Shown here: in pieces, positions 33,887 through 42,526 of the stretch
Layout: the number at the start of each line of letters is the position of its first letter
Numbering within the stretch: the stretch's first letter is position 1
Origin: an uncultured Gammaproteobacteria bacterium
GTDB lineage: Bacteria; Patescibacteriota; Patescibacteriia; CAIXNZ01
Assembly (NCBI GenBank): GCA_964590345.1
Contig: CAZPVP010000005.1
Coordinates: forward strand, 1-42,576
Direction of reading: 5' to 3'
DNA: 42,576 nt
Made by a program: the position numbers and the translations under genes
Notes under the pieces: model-generated
The model's input: the letters and a program-made list of their open reading frames with translations, nothing else
Databases searched by the model: none
Told to the model about the DNA's origin: nothing

Positions 33887-35094
33887 ACAAAGAAAAAGTA
33901 TCCATAATAAGCGTTTTGATTAACATACTTTTATCCGCTTTAAAACTAACAGTCGGTTTTTTTATTAATTCTATCGCTTTAATTTCTGATGGCATTCATT
34001 CTTTTTTAGATATAATTTCAAGCATTATTTCTTATCTTGGGATAAAAATTGCCCAAAAACCAGTTGATGAAAAACATCCTTATGGTTATTATGTTGCCGA
34101 AACTCTGGCCGGTTTAGGCGTAACAATTTTACTAGCTATTTCTGCCGGCTGGATCATTTATGAAGGTATTGAACAAATTATTAATCAAACAACCATTAAA
34201 TTATCAATTTGGGGCTTTGTTGTAGTTATTATTTCTATAATTTTAAATGAAGTCATTGCCAGATTAAAATTTAAATATGGCGAAAAAGAAGAAAGCCTGG
34301 CTTTGATTGCTGATGCAGAACATTCAAGAGCTGATGCGATATCCTCTATCGGCGTCTTAATTGGCTTATTTTTAGCTACTTTTTTTATCTTTGCTGATGG
34401 CATAATCGCAATTTTAATTGGTCTTTATATCCTAAAAGAAAGCTATAATATTGGTAAAACAACGACAGATAATCTACTTGGAGTTAAAGATGAAAAAACT
34501 GAAAAAATTATAAAAAAAATTTGCCAAGAAAAAAATATTGAAATTTCAGAACTTAAAACCCGTAAAATTGGTTCAGCTACATTTGCTGAATTAACCATCA
34601 AACTACAAACAACTTTAAAAGTTAAACAAGCGGAAAAAATCTCTAAAGAGTTACAGGAAGAACTGCTCAATAAAATCACCATATTAAAACAAGTGGTTAT
34701 TCAAATAGAATCACACAATATAAAACAAGGAATTATTAGGCCAAGGTTTGGCAGAAGACTTGGCTTTAGAGGCAAATTTGAAAAAATAGGACCTAATAAA
34801 AAAGGATATAGAATTGCTATCCCAATTAAAAATAATGAAATATATGAGGAATTCGGTGCACCTCAATATTTAATTGTTGATAAAAAAAATAATGAAATAG
34901 TTCAAAAAGAAATTATAGATAACCCTCATTTTAATTCTAAAGGCGGTCATGGTGTTCGTTTTGTTAAATCTGTTGAACCTGATGAAATAATAACCAAAAC
35001 AATTGGTAATGGAGCTAAAGAAAGGTTAAAAGAATTAAATGTAAAAATTAGAATAATTGAACCAAAAACTAAATTAAAAGATTTACAAGTTTAA
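33883..35094 (+). CDS. Cation-diffusion-facilitator (CDF) transporter fused to a C-terminal NifX-like domain
   Basis: CDF motifs SDGIHSFLDIISS and ADAEHSRADAISS. The C-terminal part is GYRIAIPIKNNEIYEEFGAPQYLIVD...IITKTIGNGA. The start overlaps the upstream stop in ATGA. Confidence 0.8.
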   Translation: MNKEKVSIISVLINILLSALKLTVGFFINSIALISDGIHSFLDIISSIISYLGIKIAQKPVDEKHPYGYYVAETLAGLGVTILLAISAGWIIYEGIEQIINQTTIKLSIWGFVVVIISIILNEVIARLKFKYGEKEESLALIADAEHSRADAISSIGVLIGLFLATFFIFADGIIAILIGLYILKESYNIGKTTTDNLLGVKDEKTEKIIKKICQEKNIEISELKTRKIGSATFAELTIKLQTTLKVKQAEKISKELQEELLNKITILKQVVIQIESHNIKQGIIRPRFGRRLGFRGKFEKIGPNKKGYRIAIPIKNNEIYEEFGAPQYLIVDKKNNEIVQKEIIDNPHFNSKGGHGVRFVKSVEPDEIITKTIGNGAKERLKELNVKIRIIEPKTKLKDLQV

Positions 35095-35104
35095 CTTTAA
35101 AAAT

Positions 35105-35380
35105 ATGCCTAGACCAAAAAGTTTGCGACACATCACATTTCAGCCAAATGTAACTTATTTTAAACCTCAGGGCGTGCCCATGAGATTTTTGGATGTGATA
35201 GAATTAACTCATGAAGAAGTTGAGTGTTTACGGCTAAAAAATATTGAAGGATTAGATCAGGATGAAGCAGCTAAAAAAATAAAAACATCGCAATCAACTT
35301 TCCAAAGAATTTTAAGCTCAGCTTATAAAAAAGTCAGTCAAGCATTAATCAAAGGCCAAGCAATAAAAATAATTAAATAA
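35105..35380 (+). CDS. DUF134 (UPF0251) predicted DNA-binding protein
   Basis: MPRPKSLRHITFQPNVTYFKPQGVP...LTHEEVECLRLKNIEGLDQDEAAKKIKTSQSTFQRIL. Confidence 0.85.
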   Translation: MPRPKSLRHITFQPNVTYFKPQGVPMRFLDVIELTHEEVECLRLKNIEGLDQDEAAKKIKTSQSTFQRILSSAYKKVSQALIKGQAIKIIK

Positions 35381-35386
35381 AATTTT

Positions 35387-35659
35387 ATGAAAGTTTTAAA
35401 ATTCGGCGCTGTCTGGTGCCCTGGCTGCTTAGTCATGAAACCCCGATGGCAAGAAATTGAAAAAGAATTGACATGGCTTGAAACAGAATATTACGATATA
35501 GATAAGGACAAAGAAATGGCTGAAAAATACAATATTGAATCGGAAATAATTCCGACTTTTATTTTTTTGGATGAAAAAGGTGAGGAATTTTTACGTTTAC
35601 ACGGAGAAATTGAGAAACAAAAACTAATTAATATTATTAATAACAATAAAGATAAATAA
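35387..35659 (+). CDS. Thioredoxin-family protein
   Basis: WCPGC active site. Confidence 0.85.
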   Translation: MKVLKFGAVWCPGCLVMKPRWQEIEKELTWLETEYYDIDKDKEMAEKYNIESEIIPTFIFLDEKGEEFLRLHGEIEKQKLINIINNNKDK

Positions 35660-35661
35660 AT

Positions 35662-36876
35662 ATGCCAAAGCTGAAATTAATTTTAGTTATTTTTATTTTA
35701 TTCGTTTTATTATTGCCTAACCTTGCTCTTGCCCAAGAAAAACCTCTTGATATCTATTTTTTCTGGGGAGAAGGCTGTCCTCACTGCACTAAAGAAAAAA
35801 CTTTTCTAAAAAAGATAGAAAAGCAATATCCGATTAAAATAAATGGTTTTGAAGTTTATCAAAATGCTGAAAATCTAAAACTTCTGCAGCAAATAGGCAA
35901 ACAGCTTAATTTGGAAACTGCTGGTGTCCCTTTTATTATTATTGGCGATAAAGCATTAGTTGGTTTTTTAAATGAACAGACAACAGGCAATCAAATCAAA
36001 AAAATGATTAATCAATGTTTACAGGATTCTTGCCCCGATCCAATCGCACCAATAATAAAAAAAATGCAACAAACGACCACATCCGAGCAAAAGCCTGTTA
36101 GCGAACCAGCACAATCAGAAATGGAAAAAAATCACTTTATTGATTTACCTATCTTTGGCGAGATAGACGCAACACAATTTTCATTGCCCTTTTTAACTAT
36201 TATTATTGCTGCTATTGATGGCTTTAACCCTTGCGCCATGTGGATATTGCTTTTCTTGATAAGTTTGCTTTTAGGTATGGAAAACAAGAAAAAAATGTGG
36301 GCTTTGGGCACTGCCTTTATTTTAGCTTCTGGTATTGTTTATTTTTTATTTTTATCAGCCTGGCTAAATCTTTTTCTCTTTATTGGCTTTATTTTTTGGG
36401 TAAGAATTTTAATTGGCCTTATTGCTATTGGCAGCGGCTCATATCACCTTTGGGATTTTTATAAAAACCGGCCGGGTTGCAAAGTAGTTAAAAGTGAACT
36501 AAGGGAAAAATTTTTTACCAACCTTAAATTTGTTACCAAAATACCTTCTTTTTGGCTGGCTATGATAGGCATGATTATTATTGCTTTTGCTGTTAATTTG
36601 ATTGAACTAGTTTGCTCAGCTGGCTTACCAGCAATTTATACTAATATTCTATCACTCTCTGATATTCCCAGTTGGCAATATTATCTGCTTTTACTCCTGT
36701 ATATTCTTATCTTTATGATTGATGACATGTTTATTTTCGTCGTAGCTATGGTAACCTTAAGAGCTACTGGCATAAGCACAAAATATACTCGCTATGCTAA
36801 TTTAATCGGCGGTATTATAATATTAATATTAGGAATATTATTAATTCTTAAACCTGAATTATTAATGTTTAGCTAA
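35662..36876 (+). CDS. Secreted thioredoxin-fold domain (CPHC) fused to a DsbD/CcdA-like membrane domain
   Basis: Signal peptide, GCPHC, and TM-embedded Cys residues (GFNPCAMW and ELVCSAGLP). Confidence 0.75.
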   Translation: MPKLKLILVIFILFVLLLPNLALAQEKPLDIYFFWGEGCPHCTKEKTFLKKIEKQYPIKINGFEVYQNAENLKLLQQIGKQLNLETAGVPFIIIGDKALVGFLNEQTTGNQIKKMINQCLQDSCPDPIAPIIKKMQQTTTSEQKPVSEPAQSEMEKNHFIDLPIFGEIDATQFSLPFLTIIIAAIDGFNPCAMWILLFLISLLLGMENKKKMWALGTAFILASGIVYFLFLSAWLNLFLFIGFIFWVRILIGLIAIGSGSYHLWDFYKNRPGCKVVKSELREKFFTNLKFVTKIPSFWLAMIGMIIIAFAVNLIELVCSAGLPAIYTNILSLSDIPSWQYYLLLLLYILIFMIDDMFIFVVAMVTLRATGISTKYTRYANLIGGIIILILGILLILKPELLMFS

Positions 36877-36906
36877 TTAAACTTAATTAAAAAATGTTGC
36901 CATAAG

Positions 36907-36937
36907 AAAATCCTACACTATTTAGTGTAGGATTTTT
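36907..36937. terminator. Bidirectional terminator between convergent genes
   Basis: AAAATCCTACACTA-TT-TAGTGTAGGATTTT. Confidence 0.75.
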
Positions 36938-36941
36938 ATAA

Positions 36942-38435
36942 TTAAAATTTTTCCTTAGTAGGATTTGCTGCCGGGTCTTCACTGTCCTTAAGCTCATTTA
37001 ATAACTCCTCGTAGTCAGAAGGCTTGCGAAGAACACCCTCTTTGAATTCATCCGGATATTGCTGAGCAACTTGAACATCAGCGTCTTTTAATAATCTGAG
37101 AGCCAAATCAACATTGCCTTTGCTTGCTTGATAGGAAGATTTTATTGCTGCGCGAAAAATTGGTTCATAATCCCTATCCTGCAAATATAAAGCAACGCCT
37201 AAGGTTAAAAGGGCTTGAAGTCTGAGAGTAAAAACTTCTTCAGCAAAATGATTTTGCTCTAAATAAGCATCGATTTGCTCAACGATTACCTTTAAGTTTT
37301 GATCAGCTTTTTCAAAACTACCTGCTAAAATAAGGGCTTTGACCTTGTTGCGCATGACTATCCAGCGCCCCAAAAAACTCTTTTTAGCATCTTCTGCTTC
37401 TTTTTGTTTTTCAATCTCAGCAAATGACCGCTCAGCATCATACATAAATGATTGTGCATCAATTTGATCAGGACAAATTGCTTTTAATTCCTGAACAATT
37501 AATGCCATCAAATCCTGGAATTCTTTTTTCTTGCCCGTACTGGCATTATAAGCCCAGCCCATGGCCATATTCCATTTTTTAAGCTGCTCAGTGGTCTTGC
37601 CTCTGTATCCTTCTAACCAGGAATACGCCAACATATGCTTAATGAATGCTTTTTCATCTTTTTCGCCTTGCCTAAGCAAAACACCTAATGAAATTAAACA
37701 AGATTCCGCTTCTTCATGTTTGCCAAGAGCCACTAAAGTCATGGCGATCTGGAGCATAATATCAGCATTATCCGGCTTGTCTTTTGCCAATTCTTTCAGT
37801 AAGAATAGGACTATTTGATAATTTACAGAATCTTTTAACCGCAAATATTCCAATAATTGCAAAATAAAATCCTCTTTGCTTATTTGCTGACAGATTATTG
37901 GGATAAAAGATCCTAATGTTTTTTTTATTACCTCTTCTTCGTTTTCCTCATTTTTAAGAACAAGCTCTTTTGTTTCTTCAAAATATTTTTCTGCTCCTGC
38001 GAGATCCTTTAATCTAAAAAGGACTAAAGCAATTTGTAAAGTAATTTCTGCATCATCAGGATATTTTTCCTTTAATTCGCTTAAAAAATTCAATCCATCT
38101 CTCACATCATTTTCATTTACCAATAAAGATTCAATTAAATTGTTTACAAAAATTTCTTGATCTGCCGCTAAGGTTGCAATTAAAGCAAAGCTTCTTTGCG
38201 CCAAACGCAAAAGATCTTCGTCCTTTTCTTCTTCTAATGTATCTTGCTTATACTCATTTAACGCGTAACATCCCAGATTGTTCAAAAGATTAAGAATTCT
38301 TCTGGCTCCGCGGGCCAAAACTTCCCTTGCTTCCTCGGCCTTACCCTGCTTAGCCAAAAAAAATCCAAACTTAAGATAATTATTGGCATTATCGGGGAAA
38401 AGCCAAATCATCAGCCTGTACCAATACTTGAGCAT
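36942..38435 (-). CDS. TPR-like helical-repeat protein (497 aa)
   Basis: Repeated amphipathic helix pairs with an A/L/E-rich pattern. SD AAAGGAGG is present. Confidence 0.65.
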   Translation of the reverse strand: MLKYWYRLMIWLFPDNANNYLKFGFFLAKQGKAEEAREVLARGARRILNLLNNLGCYALNEYKQDTLEEEKDEDLLRLAQRSFALIATLAADQEIFVNNLIESLLVNENDVRDGLNFLSELKEKYPDDAEITLQIALVLFRLKDLAGAEKYFEETKELVLKNEENEEEVIKKTLGSFIPIICQQISKEDFILQLLEYLRLKDSVNYQIVLFLLKELAKDKPDNADIMLQIAMTLVALGKHEEAESCLISLGVLLRQGEKDEKAFIKHMLAYSWLEGYRGKTTEQLKKWNMAMGWAYNASTGKKKEFQDLMALIVQELKAICPDQIDAQSFMYDAERSFAEIEKQKEAEDAKKSFLGRWIVMRNKVKALILAGSFEKADQNLKVIVEQIDAYLEQNHFAEEVFTLRLQALLTLGVALYLQDRDYEPIFRAAIKSSYQASKGNVDLALRLLKDADVQVAQQYPDEFKEGVLRKPSDYEELLNELKDSEDPAANPTKEKF

Positions 38436-38480
38436 TTTTGCCTCCTTTTTGTTTTTTAATGTTCAATTTTTTGATTTTAA

Positions 38481-38509
38481 ATCTTAGCAATAAAATTCTG
38501 TCTTGTCAA
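38481..38509 (-). promoter_or_regulatory. Promoter of the TPR-like gene
   Basis: On the minus strand: TTGACA, then N14, then TGcTAAGAT. Confidence 0.55.
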
Positions 38510-38525
38510 GGATATAAGCAAAAAA

Positions 38526-38554
38526 CTTGACATTTATTTTTAAATAATTTAAAC
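38526..38554 (+). promoter_or_regulatory. Promoter of rpsA, giving a leader of about 240 nt
   Basis: TTGACA, then N17, then TAAACT. Confidence 0.55.
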
Positions 38555-38803
38555 TCTAATTAATTATAATTTTATTAACTTCTTTACGAAGGCTTGTTAA
38601 AAACATAAAAAAAGTTTTTATCAGGTTAACCTTAAATAAAATCTCCTGTTTAAGGGGAATTCTTTATTTATAAGAATGCGAATCTGCGAATGAGCTACGA
38701 ATCTACAAATATTTTACAGTATACCCATAGCTCCCATAGCGCTTCTTCCTCTTGTTAAGTTATTTGTAGCTCTGCAGTTTATCCGTAGATATATAACAAA
38801 ATT

Positions 38804-40084
38804 ATGACCAAAGATAATAAAAAAACAACTGAAGACAAAAAATCAGAATTTGCGAAATTGATTGAAGATTCTCAATATTTAAAATTACCAAAAATTGGCG
38901 ATGTTATAAAATGTAAAGTGATCAGTGCCTCAAAAACAGAAGTGCGACTTGATTTTAATGGCATAAAAACTGGCGTTGTCCGCGGACGAGAACTTTATAA
39001 CGAATCTGAAGAATATAGCAAATTAAAACCAGGTGACACAGTTGAAGCGACAGTCATTGAATTAGAAAATGAAAAAGGCGAAATGGAACTTTCTTTCCGA
39101 TACGCCGGCCAGCAAAAAGCCTGGAATAATCTAAAAGAATTAATGGAAAAAGAAGAAATTATCCCGGTCAAAGTTACTGATGCGAACAAAGGCGGATTAA
39201 TGGTTAAAGTCGGACATATCAGTGGTTTTTTGCCTGTTTCTCAGCTTATTCCAGAACATTATCCGCGGGTTGAAGGCGGTGATAAAAATAAAATTTTAGA
39301 ATTTTTGAAAAAATTTATTAATCAATCATTGCAAGTCAAAATTATTAATGCTGATGAAAAAGAAGATAAATTAATCGTCTCTGAAAAGGCTGCCTGGGAA
39401 GAATCTCAAGAAAAAGCTGTTTCTAAATACAAAACAGGCGACAAAGTTAAAGGCAAAGTTACTGCAGTTACTGATTTCGGCGCTTTTGTTGAATTTAACG
39501 ATAAAATGGAAGGATTAATTCATATTTCAGAATTAGCTTGGCAAAGGATTGATGATCCACGTGATTTTATTAAGGTCGGTGATAAAATAGAAGCCGAAAT
39601 AATTAATATTGACGGCACTAAAATATTTCTTTCCAGCAAAAAATTAAAAGAAGACCCATGGAAAGATGTAGCCCAAAAATATAAAGTTGGTGATAAAGTT
39701 AAAGGCACTGTTTTAAAGGCAAACCCGTTTGGTCTTTTTGTTGAACTGGATAAAGATATTCATGCTTTGGCGCATATTTCAGAACTTTCAAACAAACCTA
39801 TCGATAATTTAGATGAAATTGCCAAACCCGGTGATACTTTAGAATTTAAAATTATTTCCATTGAGCCAGAAGAACACCGATTAGGCCTAAGCCTTAAAGC
39901 TTTGAAAGAAAAACCAAAGGCTGAAAAAAAATCCGAAAACGAAAGAGATAAAGAAAAAGAAGATAAAAAATCAGAGAAAAAGAAAAAAAAGAAAGAAATA
40001 TCAGAAAAAAAGGCCGAGAAAGAAGAAACGTCACCAAAGGCAAAAAAGAAAGAAAAAAACCCTGTTAAAGCTGAAAAGAAATAA
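38804..40084 (+). CDS. rpsA: 30S ribosomal protein bS1 with a Lys-rich C-terminal tail
   Basis: Repeated S1 motifs (GDVIKCKV, GDKVKGKVTAVTDFGAFVEF, GDKVKGTVLKANPFGLFVEL, GDTLEFKIISIE). No SD, as is usual for rpsA. Confidence 0.9.
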   Translation: MTKDNKKTTEDKKSEFAKLIEDSQYLKLPKIGDVIKCKVISASKTEVRLDFNGIKTGVVRGRELYNESEEYSKLKPGDTVEATVIELENEKGEMELSFRYAGQQKAWNNLKELMEKEEIIPVKVTDANKGGLMVKVGHISGFLPVSQLIPEHYPRVEGGDKNKILEFLKKFINQSLQVKIINADEKEDKLIVSEKAAWEESQEKAVSKYKTGDKVKGKVTAVTDFGAFVEFNDKMEGLIHISELAWQRIDDPRDFIKVGDKIEAEIINIDGTKIFLSSKKLKEDPWKDVAQKYKVGDKVKGTVLKANPFGLFVELDKDIHALAHISELSNKPIDNLDEIAKPGDTLEFKIISIEPEEHRLGLSLKALKEKPKAEKKSENERDKEKEDKKSEKKKKKKEISEKKAEKEETSPKAKKKEKNPVKAEKK

Positions 40085-40100
40085 AATATTACAAATCCCC

Positions 40101-40139
40101 AGCGCCGTCCGGCCAATTGGCCGGGCGGCGCTTTTTTTA
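40101..40139 (+). terminator. Strong GC-rich rho-independent terminator
   Basis: AGCGCCGTCCGGCC-AATT-GGCCGGGCGGCGCT followed by T7. Confidence 0.9.
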
Positions 40140-40262
40140 TTAGACAATTTTACAATTTTATAAATTATCCACAAAAATTTGCTTTCTTTTAATTTTTTAT
40201 TTATAATATTTTATAGAAGGGTTTGCGGCCGCAGCCCATTTGCGATAAAGGAGGGGCACTTT

Positions 40263-40388
40263 ATGTGCCAGAAACGTCAACCCAAGCAAAGGAGACGAAG
40301 TATGGCAAGAGACGGACCGAAACTGGCAGCAAGAAGTGAAAGCAAGGGAAGAGCCCAAAAGGGAAAAGTGGCTCACGAAGTAAAATAA
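40263..40388 (+). CDS. 41-codon basic micro-ORF (MCQKRQPKQRRRSMARDGPKLAARSESKGRAQKGKVAHEVK)
   Basis: AAGGAGG lies 8 nt upstream. The ATG sits in the hairpin GGCAC-TTTAT-GTGCC. An in-frame second start at 40302 has its own AAGGAG. Confidence 0.25.
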   Translation: MCQKRQPKQRRRSMARDGPKLAARSESKGRAQKGKVAHEVK

Positions 40389-40567
40389 GGCAAAGAAGCG
40401 GCCTGAAAAGTCATTGGCGCAGGATTCAAAGGAGACTCGCCATGAAAATTGACTATGGTTAGCAAAATATTAATCTCTTTCTAAAAAAATTCGAATGTGG
40501 CAATTGTTATTCATCAAGCTTATACAACATAGGCGAGAACAAACCAACAAATAAAACCCCTAACTAA

Positions 40568-40607
40568 GGGGCAGTGTAAATTAAAAGGGACGCACTGCCC
40601 CTTTTTC
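40568..40607 (+). terminator. Rho-independent terminator
   Basis: GGGGCAGTG ... CACTGCCCC followed by T5. Confidence 0.75.
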
Positions 40608-40693
40608 ATTTAGCGAAACTTTGTCTCTGTGTTATAATTAAATTAGCCTTTTTTTCATAATATACAAATTTACCAATAAACTGCTATAAAATT

Positions 40694-42058
40694 ATGAAAC
40701 TTCATTTTTACGGCGGAGCCAAAGTCGTCACTGGCGCAAACTATCTCCTTGAAGTCGGTAAGACTAAAATTCTGGTTGATTGTGGCATGTTTCAGGGCTC
40801 AAAAGAATTACATGATTTAAATTATGAAAATTTCCCCTATGACCCAAAAAAAATCAATTATGTTTTTATAACCCATTCTCATTTTGATCATTGTGGCCGT
40901 TTAGCTAAACTAGTTAAAGACGGCTTTAAGGGCAAAATTATTTGTACACCTCCTACCCGTGATTTAATGGCTGTCGCTCTGGCTGATAGTGTTCATTTAC
41001 TTGCTGAAGAAGCGAAAGAACTAAAGATAGAGCCACTATATAACGAAAAAGATCTACTAAAAATGCTGAGCCTGATTAAAGCTCATGAATATGATAAAAA
41101 AATAAAACTTACGTCTAATATAGCATTTCGCTTAAAAGAAGCTGGTCATATCTTGGGTTCTAGCATGGTGGACTTTTGGTTAAAAGAAGGCAATAAAAAA
41201 ATAAAAATAACTTTCACTGGCGATTTGGGTAATCCGCCCACACCGCTGCTAAAACCAATTGCTCCGATTAATAAAACAGATTATTTGGTCATTGAATCAG
41301 CTTATGGCGACCGGCTTCATGAAAGCAAAGAGCAGAGAAAACTTCTTTTAGAAAGGACCATTGAAGATATAATTACAAGAAAAGGAGTATTAATGATTCC
41401 TTCGTTCGCTTTGGAACGCACTCAGGAATTGCTTTATGAATTAAATGATTTAATTGAAAATAGCCGTGTCCCCAGAATCCCTATTTTTATTGACAGCCCC
41501 TTAGCGATCAAAATAACTGATGTCTACAAAAAACATCAAAAATATTTTAATAAAAAAACCAAATATATCATAAGCGGGGGGGATGATATTTTCAGTTTCC
41601 CAGGTTTAAATTTCACACCAACCACTCAAGAATCAAAAGATATCATAAAAACACCACCACCCAAAATTATTATTGCTGGTTCTGGCATGTCAACTGGTGG
41701 CCGCATCTTATTTCATGAAAAAGAATATTTATCAGATCCTAATAATATGTTTTTAGTCATTGGTTTTCAGGTCGAAGGAACTTTGGGACGAAAAATTTTA
41801 GAAGGAATGCCAGTAGTTAATATTTTGGGTAGGCAAATTAAAAATAAAGCGGAAATCCGGGCAATTGGCGGCTATTCAGCTCATGCTGATCAAAAACAAT
41901 TATTAAATTTTATTAAAAATATTAAAAAACCTATTAAAAATGTTTTTGTGGTTCAGGGTGAAAGAAAACCAGCCGAAGAATTAAAAAGAGTAATCAAGGC
42001 CAAGCTGCTTATTGAGGCAACCGTACCAAAATATGAACAAACTATAGAATTATTATAA
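40694..42058 (+). CDS. MBL-fold beta-CASP RNA-metabolising hydrolase (CPSF73/RNase J-like)
   Basis: ITHSHFDHCGRL (HxHxDH) and the beta-CASP C-terminal motif GGYSAHAD. Confidence 0.85.
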   Translation: MKLHFYGGAKVVTGANYLLEVGKTKILVDCGMFQGSKELHDLNYENFPYDPKKINYVFITHSHFDHCGRLAKLVKDGFKGKIICTPPTRDLMAVALADSVHLLAEEAKELKIEPLYNEKDLLKMLSLIKAHEYDKKIKLTSNIAFRLKEAGHILGSSMVDFWLKEGNKKIKITFTGDLGNPPTPLLKPIAPINKTDYLVIESAYGDRLHESKEQRKLLLERTIEDIITRKGVLMIPSFALERTQELLYELNDLIENSRVPRIPIFIDSPLAIKITDVYKKHQKYFNKKTKYIISGGDDIFSFPGLNFTPTTQESKDIIKTPPPKIIIAGSGMSTGGRILFHEKEYLSDPNNMFLVIGFQVEGTLGRKILEGMPVVNILGRQIKNKAEIRAIGGYSAHADQKQLLNFIKNIKKPIKNVFVVQGERKPAEELKRVIKAKLLIEATVPKYEQTIELL

Positions 42059-42060
42059 CC

Positions 42061-42095
42061 AAAAGCTGACCGGTCAATGACCGGTCAGCTTTTTT
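42061..42095. terminator. Bidirectional terminator
   Basis: AAAAGCTGACCGGTC-AAT-GACCGGTCAGCTTTT. Confidence 0.85.
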
Positions 42096-42135
42096 AAAAA
42101 ACTTCGAAGATTTTTCAGCTCACAGCTGAATTTTT

Positions 42136-42399
42136 TTATTTTTCTTTGCCTTCTTCCGGCTGAATCAGTTTAACACTCACAAAAGAATTATTTTTCAAAC
42201 CAATCGTTCTAACCAAATGCCTAATCGCACTGATATTTCTACCTTGTTTACCAACCAAACTGCCAAGATCTTCAGGATCAGCATGGATTGTTAATAAAAC
42301 TCCTCGTTCATTAACAGTTCTTTCAACCTTAACTTTTTTAGGGTTATTAACCAGCATTTTAATTAAAGTTTCTAAAAATTTCTGGTCTTCATTTGCCAT
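42136..42399 (-). CDS. KH-domain RNA-binding protein (KhpA/UPF0109-like)
   Basis: LVGKQGRNISAIRHLV (GxxG) in an 87-aa protein. Confidence 0.8.
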   Translation of the reverse strand: MANEDQKFLETLIKMLVNNPKKVKVERTVNERGVLLTIHADPEDLGSLVGKQGRNISAIRHLVRTIGLKNNSFVSVKLIQPEEGKEK

Positions 42400-42526
42400 A
42401 ACTTCTTAAGTTAATAAATTAACAAAAGATACTAAAATGACCTTTAAAAACTATATGAATGCTTATAACGTTATAATACCATATTTTATGATATTAAATT
42501 AAAGTTGTCAATATATTAGCAAACAA

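Larger units (their letters stand above)
40210..40607 (+). ncRNA. Second purine-rich, G+C-richer transcription unit: candidate structured RNA and/or micro-ORF mRNA
   Basis: Promoter TTGCTT-N17-TATAAT (40179-40207) and terminator at 40568-40607. There is no convincing long ORF. The AAGGAG motif occurs three times. Confidence 0.3.

Noticed and set aside
38690-38790. Possible orphan Cas12a repeat in the rpsA leader (GAATCTACAAATATT shares ATCTACAAA with the repeat).
   Set aside because: Only 9-10 nt match. The TCTAC/GTAGA handle hairpin with the AATTT 5' flank is not reconstituted on either strand.
952-40116. Numerous 60-125-aa ORFs antisense to or nested in longer genes. Examples: 952-1191, 2879-3193, 4248-4451, 8888-9085, 9156-9368, 9213-9440, 12402-12608, 13154-13351, 14117-14317, 15656-15838, 16978-17262, 18142-18324, 18331-18528, 19132-19317, 22931-23200, 22953-23138, 24142-24414, 24988-25263, 25254-25439, 26687-27064, 28994-29194, 29419-29616, 31368-31553, 32237-32422, 34185-34403, 34443-34682, 36231-36464, 37561-37818, 38995-39189, 39520-39708, 39760-40116.
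   Set aside because: They overlap well-supported genes and have low-complexity, Phe/Ile/Leu/Ser-rich translations, as expected from the reverse frames of AT-rich or Lys-rich coding DNA. They also lack an SD or promoter context.
42431-42445. TAAAATGACCT near the right end as an extra degenerate copy of the terminal-repeat unit (TAAAATGTCCT).
   Set aside because: This is a single 10/11 match in AT-rich sequence, so it is too short to distinguish from chance. The left-end fragments (624-635 and 687-720) are somewhat stronger and are mentioned under the terminal-repeat finding.
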